Origin: Alphaproteobacteria bacterium
GTDB lineage: Bacteria; Pseudomonadota; Alphaproteobacteria; GCA-2731375
Reading direction: 5' to 3'
Assembly: GCA_028824965.1 (NCBI GenBank)
Contig: JAPKBD010000001.1
Location: 1-54,739 of the forward strand
DNA length: 54,739 bases
A program made the position numbers and the translations under genes. Under the pieces are notes generated by a model that saw only the letters and a list, made by a program, of their open reading frames with translations, ran no database searches and had not been told where the DNA came from. This document shows positions 54,220-54,739 of this stretch, piece by piece. Numbering within the stretch: the first letter of the stretch is position 1; every line of letters begins with the position of its first letter.

Positions 54220-54739
54220 ATGCCCGCCGGCCCGGATGATCTGTTTCAACGCCTCAACCACCTGGATATTGCCCATGAAACGGTCCATCACAGGGCCGTA
54301 CACACAGTGGAGGAGGCCCAGAGTGCGCGCGACAATATCGCCGGCGGTCACAGCAAAAACTTGTTCCTGCGAAATAAAAAGAAGCAAACTTGGCTGGTCT
54401 GCACATTGGAGGACAAGCCTATTGATTTGAAACAGATGGCCGATCAAATCGGCGCGGGGCGTTTTAGTTTTGGTTCGCCAGATCGTTTGAACGAGTATCT
54501 GGGGGTTCTGCCCGGTTCTGTCACGCCGTTTGCCCTGATCAATGACCCAGACGCTCGGATCAAGGTTGTGCTGGATGCGGCCATGCTGGAACATGATCAA
54601 TTGAACTTCCATCCCTTGGTCAACACCATGACAACGACCATTTCGTCCGCTGATTTGCTGAAATTTGTCCGCGCCTGTGGCCATGAGCCGTTGACGCCGT
54701 TGCTTTTCTGGGCCGGCGTCGCGCTCATCATCCTCGGCT
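54220..54739 (+). CDS. YbaK/ProX-like aminoacyl-tRNA editing (prolyl-tRNA synthetase associated) domain protein; open at the window's 3' edge
   Basis: ATG 54220 has an AAAGGA SD. My own translation is MPAGPDDLFQRLNHLDIAHETVHHRAVHTVEEAQ...GGHSKNLFLRNKKKQTWLV...LPGSVTPFALIND...LNFHPL. It is absent from the ORF track because no stop is reached. Confidence 0.8.
   Translation, partial: MPAGPDDLFQRLNHLDIAHETVHHRAVHTVEEAQSARDNIAGGHSKNLFLRNKKKQTWLVCTLEDKPIDLKQMADQIGAGRFSFGSPDRLNEYLGVLPGSVTPFALINDPDARIKVVLDAAMLEHDQLNFHPLVNTMTTTISSADLLKFVRACGHEPLTPLLFWAGVALIILG

Overview
This is a GC-rich chromosomal segment (roughly high-50s % GC by eye, not computed). Its gene content and protein sequences look alphaproteobacterial, possibly Rhodospirillales-like, though that placement is inference only.

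Layout:
- 1-8.9 kb is core: ilvB(partial)-ilvN-ilvC, then the cell-shape cluster mreB-mreC-mreD-mrdA-rodA.
- 9-18 kb holds an Lrp-type regulator with a very AT-rich divergent control region. It also holds two class III nucleotide cyclases (one fused to an alpha/beta-hydrolase, one PAS-linked), a DHA2-type MFS pump, a metallo-amidohydrolase translationally coupled to a COG0523 GTPase, a 1-Cys peroxiredoxin, a GNAT and an EamA transporter.
- 19-44 kb is a dense accessory catabolic region in which I recognised no regulator:
  - an SDR-fold protein with halohydrin-dehalogenase-type Ser-Tyr-Arg chemistry, plus a methyltransferase and an amidase;
  - a luciferase-like oxidoreductase and a TauE exporter;
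  - three amidohydrolase_2 paralogues;
  - an esterase, a GFA-family gene broken by an in-frame TAA, a NIPSNAP protein and a bicupin;
  - two CoA ligases, an FAD monooxygenase and a three-subunit molybdenum hydroxylase;
  - an M20 peptidase, an orphan family-5 solute-binding protein and a DmpA-type aminopeptidase.
- 44-54.7 kb holds an Rrf2 regulator plus an NDH-2-like flavoprotein, a SAM hydroxide adenosyltransferase (DUF62), a sensor kinase, an MFS transporter, psuG, a GST, speE, a DUF2336 gene broken by an in-frame TAG, tRNA-Gly(GCC) and a partial ProX/YbaK-like gene.

I saw no transposase, integrase, phage gene, CRISPR array or rRNA.

The least explained signal is a three-copy family of 100-130 bp double-hairpin intergenic elements built on a GAGCA(A/T)TT word (2995-3104, 48497-48596, 52492-52621). 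Other points worth follow-up:
- the halohydrin-dehalogenase-like enzyme;
- the Mo-hydroxylase plus amidohydrolase_2 operon;
- two genes interrupted by single in-frame stops;
- an RsrR-like Rrf2 regulator with an 11-3-11 operator;
- phased T-tracts beside lrp;
- three convergent gene pairs whose stop codons overlap.
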